A DNA stretch of 64,000 bases from a virus, in the IMG/VR virus record IMGVR_UViG_3300021964_000036, positions 18,492 to 82,491 of that record. One strand, written 5' to 3'. A program made the position numbers and the translations under genes. The notes beneath the pieces are model-generated. The model was not told the DNA's origin. It made no database searches and was given only the letters and a program-made list of their open reading frames with translations. Of this stretch, positions 46,873-56,020 are shown one piece after another; position 1 is the first letter of the stretch; each line of letters opens with the position of its first letter.

Positions 46873-47529
46873 ATGCTTGAGATTGATGTACTATCAAGAA
46901 ATAAAAACATTTTTAACCCCAATAACCAGGACCAGAAAAGGAATTATGGCATTTGGGATCTGACTAGGTCAAGTATTTCTTATGTAAATGTTGATGTTAG
47001 ATTTAAAAAGTATTTCGTTGTAAAGGAGGATGAGCAGATGAGGCCAGATTTGATGGCTTATAGAATGTATGGATCTATGTCAAATACTGGTTCACTTCTT
47101 AAGTTAAATGGTGTATCAAACCCATTTGCAATAGATGTTGGTGAAGTTTTTGCTGCACCAACCACAAAGTCTCTGGATAGTATGTTTTCAACAAGGGCTT
47201 CTCTTTTGCAAAGTGATGAAGCAAATAACAACCCAAACTCTGAATTTAGAAAATCACAAGAGCAAAGAAGGTTTAAGGTAAGCGATTCTAGAAAGGATTT
47301 CTTGGAAAGAAGATCAAGGGCTAAAAATTCAACTCAACAAATATTACCTCCTAATTTACTGCAAGACGGTGAAAGACAAACAGTAAGAACTGACCTGGTT
47401 ATTGGTCTGGGTCCAGACGCTAGTAATGGCGTACAAGGTGGACAAGGTGGACAAGGTGGAGTACAAAGGACTAACTCTGTTATTGGCTTATCGTCGGATA
47501 CTTTACAAAATCCAAATGCTAACACTTAA
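46873..47529 (+). CDS. baseplate wedge protein, gp53/LysM-like
   Basis: V..DE.MRPDL.AY..YGS....LLK.NG.SNPF. Confidence 0.75.
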   Translation: MLEIDVLSRNKNIFNPNNQDQKRNYGIWDLTRSSISYVNVDVRFKKYFVVKEDEQMRPDLMAYRMYGSMSNTGSLLKLNGVSNPFAIDVGEVFAAPTTKSLDSMFSTRASLLQSDEANNNPNSEFRKSQEQRRFKVSDSRKDFLERRSRAKNSTQQILPPNLLQDGERQTVRTDLVIGLGPDASNGVQGGQGGQGGVQRTNSVIGLSSDTLQNPNANT

Positions 47530-47534
47530 TCCAT

Positions 47535-49028
47535 ATGGCTTCAGACCAAATTATAATAAACAATTATTCCAAAACCGGGATTCTGCTTGACGAATTGGTC
47601 GTTCCGAATAGAAGCGGAGATATTGTACCCGGAAATACACTAGCAAGTGATGCTGATGATAAATCTTGGGGAGCATACAGACCAGTTGTGTTTATTAATG
47701 GTTATTACGTAGACCAGTATATGGATTACTTTGAATTTTCCCAGATTGATTTTTTGCCTATTGTAAGATTTAGCTTCACCGCTGATGATCCGATGTTTAT
47801 TAGCGTGAATTACCCAAAGGATGGTGACATAGCTTCGGTTTATATAAGATCAAGAGAGGACATTTATAAACCTATAAGGATGGATTTTAATATTTTAAAT
47901 GTTAGATCCTCACAATCAAGAGATCCCGAGGGAAGTAAAATTAGATTTACCGTGCTTGGTGAAACACGCATACCTGGTTTATACACTGAGGTTTCTAAAG
48001 CTTTTAGGGATATGACTTCTTATGATACCCTTTTCGAAATTTCGCAGGATTTAGATTTAGGATTTTCTTCAAACGATAGCGAATTAGACGATGTAATGAC
48101 ATGGATATGTCCCAATTTTTCTTATTACAAGTTTATGCACGAGGTTTCGGAGAGGTCATATAAGAATGATGAAAGCTACTTCAAACTTTGGATTGATCCG
48201 TATTATAATTTGACATTTGTTAACCTAAATAATCAACTAACTGCTGAAGATTATGTACAGCAAGTAAAAGTTATTATTGGTAATGACACTGCTAATGACA
48301 CCTTTATTCCTGGTACTCAATTGGACTCTCAGGAAATGCCGTTGGTCCTAACTAACCAAAAGGGTTCTGGTGATTTGCCTTTCTTTGTGAATAGTTTTAC
48401 CCTTCTTTCGAGATCTGGAAATACTGCAAACAAATATGGCTACATCCAGGAGGTTCAGTTTTATGATGAATCCGTAAATGTTCAGAATTCTTTCGCCGAA
48501 AAGTACGTTAAATATACAATTGAAACAAGTACCTCTGAGAATGTAGGAGAGAATCAAATACTCCAAAAGGGAAGGGTCCGAGAGGATTTATATAAGACTG
48601 AAGTTAGGAAAGCATGGTATGGTTCCCTTAATAATAGCGTAGGCGGTGTCCATGATAATTTTATTCAGGCGCTAATACAAAATGAATTTAACCTAGGCGA
48701 TCTTGAAAAATTTACTCTTAGGGTAGAATTAAGTGGATATTATGCGGGTATCTATAGAGGTCAAGCAGTACCAGTTCTTTTATACGCTAACAAACAAGGA
48801 AAGAGAAAAGAAAACACCGGTGTGTCTAGCGATCAAAAACCAGAGAGTGATATTGATCCGGTTTTGGATAGATTCCTTTCTGGTGTTTATATAGTGACTT
48901 CTATGGAGGTTAAATATGAGACTATAAGAGGTATGTACCAAGTGCTCTACCTAAATAAGAGGGAGTGGACACTAAATAGTGCTGGCTCATTCCCTAAATC
49001 TTTCCCAATAAATCTTCTGACCGGATAA
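47535..49028 (+). CDS. baseplate hub protein (gp27-like)
   Basis: Position between the gp53- and gp5-like genes; C-terminal FLSGVYIV..M.V.Y....Q.L.L.KR. Confidence 0.55.
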   Translation: MASDQIIINNYSKTGILLDELVVPNRSGDIVPGNTLASDADDKSWGAYRPVVFINGYYVDQYMDYFEFSQIDFLPIVRFSFTADDPMFISVNYPKDGDIASVYIRSREDIYKPIRMDFNILNVRSSQSRDPEGSKIRFTVLGETRIPGLYTEVSKAFRDMTSYDTLFEISQDLDLGFSSNDSELDDVMTWICPNFSYYKFMHEVSERSYKNDESYFKLWIDPYYNLTFVNLNNQLTAEDYVQQVKVIIGNDTANDTFIPGTQLDSQEMPLVLTNQKGSGDLPFFVNSFTLLSRSGNTANKYGYIQEVQFYDESVNVQNSFAEKYVKYTIETSTSENVGENQILQKGRVREDLYKTEVRKAWYGSLNNSVGGVHDNFIQALIQNEFNLGDLEKFTLRVELSGYYAGIYRGQAVPVLLYANKQGKRKENTGVSSDQKPESDIDPVLDRFLSGVYIVTSMEVKYETIRGMYQVLYLNKREWTLNSAGSFPKSFPINLLTG

Positions 49029-49052
49029 ATATAGTAAAATAAATAGACCCTT

Positions 49053-51308
49053 ATGGGAATTAGAGCAACAGATAAGAATAGGAATTTATTTTTAAAGGGT
49101 TTTAAATTATCCGATTCCGGACAAAACGAAGACCCAACCTATTTGGGTTTTAAAATAGTTTTCGACCCCGGAATTCTTCCAATCAACCCCGACTATGGGT
49201 GGGCGCCAAGTCCTTTGTTAAGGGCACAAAACTACACAGAAGCAAACGGTGCTGGTGCTGCAACCAACCTGGGTAATCCTTTTGGTCAACCCCAATACGA
49301 AAGAAGGCAAAGTGATGTTATCTATTATTCTGCCTATAACTATTTACTGGAGAGGGAAGCCAATTTTCCTGGCGGGGACACACAAAGAAGAGCACAAGCT
49401 CTAAGGCAGTTCCAGAAGCTTTTGCAGGAAATTAATACAAATTCCCCGTGGTTTTTCCAATCAATAGAAGGATTAAATACTTTGGATAAGGTGTCTAAAA
49501 GTGGGTTTCAAGATCAAGATGGTATAGATTTTTTCGACAATCAAAGAACTAGAGATAAAACTCTAACCATTAATTGCTTGGAGTCTCTGAATTTAAGGAT
49601 AAGTGCATTAGCAGATCTTTATAATCAAGCAACATTTGATGCCGACAATATGAGGTATTTAGTTCCAAGAAATTTAAGAAAGTTCACAATGTGGATTTTT
49701 GTTACTGAAATTAGGAACTTTTTCAAAACAAGCAGATTAACTGCATCCAGTACCGCACTTACTGCTATTGACAATCTTAGCTCTTTACTTACAACAAACA
49801 ATAATCCGGGATCCTCTGTTGTTTCTCAAGGAAATGGTCAGTATAACGTAGATGGGTTTAATCTTGGTGCTGAAAGGCCTCAAGCTGGTGGAGCTGGTGG
49901 TGCTTTCAAATCTTTTGTCAATAACGTTTTTAGCGGATCTGGTCTGCAAAATGATTTACAAGCTTTTACTAACCAGCAGGACCAGAGTGGAATTAAGCCC
50001 GTTTTAATTTACGAATGTAGCCAATGTGAATTTGACTTTAGTAATAGCACTCCTGTAAAAAGCACTATAGACATGGGATCTAGCACGGCAGAACCTGAAG
50101 ACCAGTCTTTTCAAATACACGTTGGTAAAGTAAGGATGAAAAATCAATATCCTAATATAAGACAAGATAAGAAGCCATTGGTACTTGCTGATGGGTGGGA
50201 CCAAAACAGGTCCAGTTACCAGTTTCTTGGAGATGATACCTTATCACTAGAGAGCCTGTTAGGTCTTGGTCAACAAGCATTAACTAATGTGGTTTCTAAT
50301 GCGGTATCCGATTTAGTTAATGAAGGCATAAATCAATTTATAGATCCTGCCTTGAGCGGTATAGACCAATCCTTATTAGGAAACATATATTCATTTAATC
50401 CAACGCAGCTTTCAAGAATGACAAGCCAAAACGGATCATTTGGATTCAATAATCTGGAAAACTTTTTGAACGGTGCTGCTGAAACTGGTATAGATAATAT
50501 TTTTAAAGGTAATCTACCAACTCCACAAACAATGGGGGAGGGAGGACCAACCGAAAGGGTTTATCCTCCGGTTCCACCAGCAGATGTTTATGCTGGTGTA
50601 CCTGGGGAGGATCTTGGGGTTCCAGATAGGGTTTATCCCGGAGTAAAATCTGATGTCTACGAGAATGTTCCTGGTTCAGATCTTGGGGTTCCTGATAGAG
50701 TTTACCCGCAGGTAAGTGATGATGTTTATGAAAATGTTCCGGGATCGGATTTAGGATCTCCAGATAGAGTTTATGCACAACCTTCTGGCGATGCTTATGA
50801 TAATGTTCCTGGGGAAGATCTTGGAGTGCCTGATAGAGTTTATGCACAACCTTCTGGCGATGCTTATGATAATGTTCCAGGAGAAGATCTTGGTGTACCC
50901 GATAGAAGGTATGATTTTAATAGGGCTGGTGATGTTTACGCAAATAATCCAGGATCTGACCTGGGTGTGCCTGATAGAAACTATTCGCCACAACTAAGTG
51001 ATGATGTTTATACTGATTCTAATTTTACAACAGACTCTTTGGGTAAAAGTAAGGTTTACAGTGAAACCTCACAAGTATCATCAAGAGGAGAATTAAGATC
51101 TCCAGAAAGCAATTTTACAGAGCCTCCTGGTAGGGTTTATTCCCCATTAAGGAAAAACCAATCTTCTGGTGAAATCGGGAACGTATACCCAGTAACATCT
51201 GGGGATTTTATTATAGAGGATCCGCTCAATTTGGGGAACTCAAAACCATCTGATAAATATAATGTCAGTCTTGGTGATTATAACCCAGATGATTACGAAG
51301 AGCAATAA
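49053..51308 (+). CDS. tail/baseplate structural protein with C-terminal 23-aa repeats
   Basis: GATAAATA at 49024; baseplate context; repeats. Confidence 0.55.
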   Translation: MGIRATDKNRNLFLKGFKLSDSGQNEDPTYLGFKIVFDPGILPINPDYGWAPSPLLRAQNYTEANGAGAATNLGNPFGQPQYERRQSDVIYYSAYNYLLEREANFPGGDTQRRAQALRQFQKLLQEINTNSPWFFQSIEGLNTLDKVSKSGFQDQDGIDFFDNQRTRDKTLTINCLESLNLRISALADLYNQATFDADNMRYLVPRNLRKFTMWIFVTEIRNFFKTSRLTASSTALTAIDNLSSLLTTNNNPGSSVVSQGNGQYNVDGFNLGAERPQAGGAGGAFKSFVNNVFSGSGLQNDLQAFTNQQDQSGIKPVLIYECSQCEFDFSNSTPVKSTIDMGSSTAEPEDQSFQIHVGKVRMKNQYPNIRQDKKPLVLADGWDQNRSSYQFLGDDTLSLESLLGLGQQALTNVVSNAVSDLVNEGINQFIDPALSGIDQSLLGNIYSFNPTQLSRMTSQNGSFGFNNLENFLNGAAETGIDNIFKGNLPTPQTMGEGGPTERVYPPVPPADVYAGVPGEDLGVPDRVYPGVKSDVYENVPGSDLGVPDRVYPQVSDDVYENVPGSDLGSPDRVYAQPSGDAYDNVPGEDLGVPDRVYAQPSGDAYDNVPGEDLGVPDRRYDFNRAGDVYANNPGSDLGVPDRNYSPQLSDDVYTDSNFTTDSLGKSKVYSETSQVSSRGELRSPESNFTEPPGRVYSPLRKNQSSGEIGNVYPVTSGDFIIEDPLNLGNSKPSDKYNVSLGDYNPDDYEEQ
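50550..51012 (+). repeat. about 6 x 69 bp coding repeat (PG[ES]DLGVPDRVY....D[VA]Y.NV)
   Basis: Six DLG(V/S)PDR units; GATAGAGTTTATGCACAACCTTCTGGCGATGC at 50763 and 50832. Confidence 0.9.
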
Positions 51309-51319
51309 AACCTTTAATA

Positions 51320-51994
51320 ATGCCTTATAATCCACCTAAAATATACCTTGGTGAAATAGTAGATATCGAAGACCCTCTGAAGCAAGGAAGGGCCAAGATA
51401 AGGGTGTTTGGTCTTTTTGACGAGCTTGAGATTGAGGATATTCCTTGGGCAAGTCAAGTTAATGGTATTTCGTTCGGAGGTAGCGGAAACGGTAGACTTT
51501 CAATACCAAGGTTAGGAGCTGTAGTTGCTGTTGAATTTGATGGACAGAATTATTACAGGATGGTATACTACGGGGAGTGGGAAAGTTCCCCAGAAATGCT
51601 CGCAGAGATTAGTGATTCTTATGAAGGAGCTCATTCATTTGCGTATGACGTTGGGGCTGAACCCGGGCCATTAAAAATCTTTTACACACAAAAGAAGGGG
51701 TTAAATCTTATACTTGGTGATGCTAAAGTGCAACTTGATACACAAGATGGCGGACAGCTTCGCGTTGTAATCGAGATGGGCAGAGATCAGATTAGGATGG
51801 AAAACAATAAGGTAATTGTAAATTCCAATAACATAGAACTAGGGGAGGCAGCAATTGAATCTGTAATAAAAGGAAACACATTCCAAACATATTTTAACAG
51901 TCATACCCATATAGGTAACCTGGGTGGACCAACATCTCCCCCAGTAATTCCTTCAGACCCTACTCATTTGTCCAATGTCTCTAAAACAAAATAA
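51320..51994 (+). CDS. baseplate central spike (gp5 OB-fold / gpV-like)
   Basis: G.IVD.EDPL..GR.KIRVFG...IPWA...IP..G..V.V.F; C-terminal HTH (HxH) metal-tip motif. Confidence 0.82.
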   Translation: MPYNPPKIYLGEIVDIEDPLKQGRAKIRVFGLFDELEIEDIPWASQVNGISFGGSGNGRLSIPRLGAVVAVEFDGQNYYRMVYYGEWESSPEMLAEISDSYEGAHSFAYDVGAEPGPLKIFYTQKKGLNLILGDAKVQLDTQDGGQLRVVIEMGRDQIRMENNKVIVNSNNIELGEAAIESVIKGNTFQTYFNSHTHIGNLGGPTSPPVIPSDPTHLSNVSKTK

Positions 51995-51997
51995 TCT

Positions 51998-54805
51998 ATG
52001 CCTTTTTTACCGGACAAAATATTAGAGGAATATGAAATAGAGGCATTCAACAAAAGAGTAAACGATTCTGCTGAAGGTATAATAAGTGACTCCAAGTTTA
52101 AATTAACAACATCCAATATTCCTGGATTATCCCTTCTAATCAAAATTATGATTAGAACTTTTGAGAAGAGTATCTCTGCTTCTCTCTTCCCTTTATTTAT
52201 AGGAAAAAAAGCACTTTCCGAGGGATTTCGAGGGATAAAGGAAGCTATTGAAAGTTTATTTAACATATTTAAGAATCCTTTACAGTTTTTATTGGATGAG
52301 GGAATCAATAATGTGTTGGGTGACTTTCCATTTCCAATTAGATTTGAACTAGGGGTACGCTCAGATGAACCTTTAAATTTACCACAGAGTGACGGTAGAA
52401 ATTTTACTTCTTTTTTTGATTACAGCTATATTGGTGTTTTTGGATCTAATGATTTCCCCTTACAGGGTCAATATACTACCCCGCAGGCATCAATACCCGA
52501 AATTTCGGAGGTTATAATAAACACCTCTACAAATGGTGGTATTGACAACCCATTACTTAGGAATTTGGCTAGTGGTGATGAAATACAAATTTCAGATGAA
52601 TCATTTTCTGGAACCTATATAGTAAACAGTTCTTCTTTCTTAGAGGAAGAGCAAAGTGTAAGGTTAGATGTTACTGTTAAGGCTGTAAAGAATTTACAAA
52701 GTGGAACTGGAGAAACCTCCATCCCAGGATTTCCTAATTCCAGCTTAGCCCTAAATGAATGTCAGCTAGCAATTAGACCTTACATACAGCCTGATGGGAC
52801 CTTAAGGGTTTCTCTCAAGTCCTTAGGAGTTGACATTCCTTTGTTATCCAATCTTTCCCTTGTTATAGGAGACTTCAGTAGTGTACAAGATTCTTCCCCA
52901 TCAAAACAATACATCGATAGGTTATCTGAAGAAACCGGTGTTGAATTTCAGGAGTTGCTAGGTGGTATACTTAATGGCAAATTTCCATCTTTAGATTTTG
53001 CTAAAATCCAGGAGGAGACTGAGAATGATATAGATGTATCCAGTGAACAAAATAAGGAAGATCTTATCGTTTTTGCTAGAATTCTTGAAATTGCTGCTAC
53101 CAATCCCTGTTTTATGATTGGTATAATAATTAATTATTTAAAGCTCCTTTTGATCCCTATCCGTATAGCTGGTGGAGTACTCAAAGGACTTGGTGAGGAA
53201 ATTACTGGTCCAATCAAACTTATTAAAACTGTAATAAGGGGATTAACAGACCCTATTGGTTTAATCTGTGACCTTATAGCTAAGGGTTTTTTGGAGTCAA
53301 TGAAACCCTATATACAAGTTCCACTCCAAGTTGCTAATATAACCTGGGAGGAAGCACTAAACGACCCAAAAGATTCGAAAAGAGGCTTGCAACCTATGGT
53401 TTCCGATATGGTTTGTGGAGACTTTGCAAGAAAGCTAAAAAATTACAAACCAAACCCTGCTTTCTTTGAAGAGCTAGCCGGTACATTAGGTTCCCGTGGT
53501 GGAGATGGAGCTGGTCCACAGATTACATACGATTTAACTACAATTGGAAATGCACCAAAAGAGGGTCAGGTGTTAGTTAATTCCGATAAAACATCACAGA
53601 TAACGAATTTTAAAGTATCAACTTTTTCAAATACTGTTGAAAACGCTTTACCATATCTAGCTTATCTTTCTCCAGGCGACGAGTTTGATTTTAGGTTTGC
53701 TGATCAGTTTGGGAGATATAGAGTAAGTGCAAAGGTTTTTGTGAATGACGGGAATTTCCCCTATTTTAATATAGATGTTTTGCAGGTCAAAAGTTTGTTC
53801 GAACAGGCAGAAGAAAAATCTATTGGTGAGCTTATGTTAGATGGAGCAAACCCAGATACTTTGAAATCAAGCCTGAACGTAGAGAATCCTGATGCGATTT
53901 TCTTGTTTATAATTGAAAGATATCTTCCTGAAAAGGTAGTAGCTGTATGGGAAGCTATAAAAGGCCTGATTGCTATTTTTGGTGGGTTAGCACTGCAAGT
54001 GCCGTCTTTAATTCCAGCTATACTAAGAAGTATATTGGGCTTGAATGTTGGGAAAAGCAGGGCTGAAATTGAAAGTATGCTTGATGATGATTTCAACTTT
54101 CCTAATGTTTCGGTAGAATCTGTAATTGAAGTTGTTAATCTACTATTTAAGCCTAATGCTAATTCCCTACTTGTTGAGGGTACAAACAGGGATCCTAGTG
54201 GACTCCTTGTAATCCTAGACAGAAATGCTAGAGCTACAGCTTCTGATATTATTCAAAATTCCAAAAATAATACAGAACCTGGGATTGAAGATTTTTTTTA
54301 CGATCTTTATGACTCGTTGGAAGCTTCTGGAAAAGATACTGCTATCTACAAGTCAAAGCTTTCCCCTCTACCAGGCAAGCCAACTATAGGTAACAGATAT
54401 CTAAATAGATCTGAGGGTATTTTCGGGTATAAATATCCAGAGTTAGCCCTTAGCAAGAAAGATTTCTATTGGGGTGCATACAATATTAGGGAACTTGGGG
54501 ATAGCGTTAAAATAAGATCCCAAATTATGCTTTCAATTACCAACACATACTACTTTTCTCTTCTGATTACAAATATGATTAACCTCGAGAAAAGAAAGAT
54601 TAAAATTTATGGTAACAGCTACGAGGGTGAAGAGGTTTCTAGGAGGGTAATATACGATGGATCTGTTCTTGATGCTTTAAATAAGTACAAGCTCACAAAT
54701 ATTTCTTATAACAAGAAAGAAACTTACTATGACTTAAGAATTAAGATAAACAGGGAAATGGATTTCGTTCTTAATTATGCCTTGCCTTCTCTTCTTGAAA
54801 GCTAA
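51998..54805 (+). CDS. large hypothetical baseplate-region protein
   Basis: 935-aa ORF following the spike gene. Confidence 0.6.
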   Translation: MPFLPDKILEEYEIEAFNKRVNDSAEGIISDSKFKLTTSNIPGLSLLIKIMIRTFEKSISASLFPLFIGKKALSEGFRGIKEAIESLFNIFKNPLQFLLDEGINNVLGDFPFPIRFELGVRSDEPLNLPQSDGRNFTSFFDYSYIGVFGSNDFPLQGQYTTPQASIPEISEVIINTSTNGGIDNPLLRNLASGDEIQISDESFSGTYIVNSSSFLEEEQSVRLDVTVKAVKNLQSGTGETSIPGFPNSSLALNECQLAIRPYIQPDGTLRVSLKSLGVDIPLLSNLSLVIGDFSSVQDSSPSKQYIDRLSEETGVEFQELLGGILNGKFPSLDFAKIQEETENDIDVSSEQNKEDLIVFARILEIAATNPCFMIGIIINYLKLLLIPIRIAGGVLKGLGEEITGPIKLIKTVIRGLTDPIGLICDLIAKGFLESMKPYIQVPLQVANITWEEALNDPKDSKRGLQPMVSDMVCGDFARKLKNYKPNPAFFEELAGTLGSRGGDGAGPQITYDLTTIGNAPKEGQVLVNSDKTSQITNFKVSTFSNTVENALPYLAYLSPGDEFDFRFADQFGRYRVSAKVFVNDGNFPYFNIDVLQVKSLFEQAEEKSIGELMLDGANPDTLKSSLNVENPDAIFLFIIERYLPEKVVAVWEAIKGLIAIFGGLALQVPSLIPAILRSILGLNVGKSRAEIESMLDDDFNFPNVSVESVIEVVNLLFKPNANSLLVEGTNRDPSGLLVILDRNARATASDIIQNSKNNTEPGIEDFFYDLYDSLEASGKDTAIYKSKLSPLPGKPTIGNRYLNRSEGIFGYKYPELALSKKDFYWGAYNIRELGDSVKIRSQIMLSITNTYYFSLLITNMINLEKRKIKIYGNSYEGEEVSRRVIYDGSVLDALNKYKLTNISYNKKETYYDLRIKINREMDFVLNYALPSLLES

Positions 54806-54816
54806 TAATTAGAGTG

Positions 54817-54824
54817 GATATATA
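54817..54824 (+). promoter_or_regulatory. putative late promoter GATATATA
   Basis: Enclosed by a TAATTAGA / TCTAATTA inverted repeat, before ATG 54854. Confidence 0.65.
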
Positions 54825-54853
54825 CAGTAATTAACTTTCTAATTAAAAAATAA

Positions 54854-56020
54854 ATGAACACACCCGAAACCAAAGATCATCTCCAAGAGGAGTTTAACTG
54901 GAACATCCCAAACAGAAGAACAATAAACAGAAACGTTGAAGTTTTTGACGATTCTAGAGTTTACTGCCAGGAGGATTATGCGCAATCCCTTTATTATCAA
55001 ATGGCAGAAAGTCTAAAGGGAGTTAATTCTTCTAAAGATCTTAAAACCGGTAATGCTTATGATAGCACTATTACAGCAGTAACAGAAAAGTATGCTATAG
55101 CACAAACTTATGAGGGACAATCAATCTATATAGACCTTATAAAGGAAAGAAAGGATGCTGAAAAACTTGGCATTGGTGGAATTTCTTTCGAACCTGGTGC
55201 TGAAATCCAAACCATTGTAAGGAATGTTAATGATACCTATTATGGATCGGTCATTGACTGTTTTATTGAAAATACAAAGCAAGAATTTTTTGAGCAGATT
55301 AAAAAGGAAACTCTTGCATACGAAGCAAGGATAGAATCAATCAACAACGGTGGATATCTCGTTGATGTTCACGGAATTAAATGTTTCCTTCCAGGATCAC
55401 TTGCAGCTGCTAATAAAATAACTGACTTCGAATCTTATTTAGGCAAGAAAGTTTATGTAATGATTGACGGGTATGTTCAAAAGAAAGACATATTCGTTGT
55501 TTCTTACAAAAAGTATTTGAGTAAGATCATGGATGAAAAGATTCAGGAACTTGATCTTACTAAGAAATATAAGGGTCATGTTACTGGAACTTCTAGCTTT
55601 GGTGTGTTTGTTGAGTGGGAAGACATTTACACTGGGCTTATTCACAAAACTGAATTTGATAATCAGAAGGTTCAAGGATTTACTGCAGGAGACGAGATAG
55701 AGTTTTATGTTAAGGAGGTTAAAGACGATAACAGACTTACACTAACATTTGGAGAGCCTGTTGATAAGACATTAAAGATCTATGAGTTAAAGAAAGAAAT
55801 CGACGAAGGTTCCAATCCCATTTCTAATGCAAAAGTCAAGCACAAGAGAAAAAATGGAGCTTTGGTGGAACTACCAGAAATGGGATTGATGGCTATGATT
55901 CCCCAAGGAAGACTTAGCAGAAATCATAAAGGATTAAAAACTGGTGATCAGGTATTGGTATCAGTTTATGAAGTTGACCCGGTAATGGGAAAAATATTTG
56001 TAGAACCCCTAAATGAGTAA
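54854..56020 (+). CDS. ribosomal protein S1-like multi-S1-domain protein
   Basis: NNGGYLVDVHGIKCFLPGSL (bS1 D2-like), VTGTSSFGVFVE...GLIHKTE (D3-like); about 4 OB repeats. Confidence 0.82.
   Translation: MNTPETKDHLQEEFNWNIPNRRTINRNVEVFDDSRVYCQEDYAQSLYYQMAESLKGVNSSKDLKTGNAYDSTITAVTEKYAIAQTYEGQSIYIDLIKERKDAEKLGIGGISFEPGAEIQTIVRNVNDTYYGSVIDCFIENTKQEFFEQIKKETLAYEARIESINNGGYLVDVHGIKCFLPGSLAAANKITDFESYLGKKVYVMIDGYVQKKDIFVVSYKKYLSKIMDEKIQELDLTKKYKGHVTGTSSFGVFVEWEDIYTGLIHKTEFDNQKVQGFTAGDEIEFYVKEVKDDNRLTLTFGEPVDKTLKIYELKKEIDEGSNPISNAKVKHKRKNGALVELPEMGLMAMIPQGRLSRNHKGLKTGDQVLVSVYEVDPVMGKIFVEPLNE

Noticed and set aside
47433-47460. ACAAGGTGG x3 microrepeat
   Set aside because: Encodes a simple QGG linker in a low-complexity tail; in frame, with no sign of a regulatory role.
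50550-51012. 69-bp repeats as CRISPR or DGR template/variable repeats
   Set aside because: In-frame protein repeat, no adenine-specific mismatch pattern, and no reverse transcriptase or cas genes in the window.
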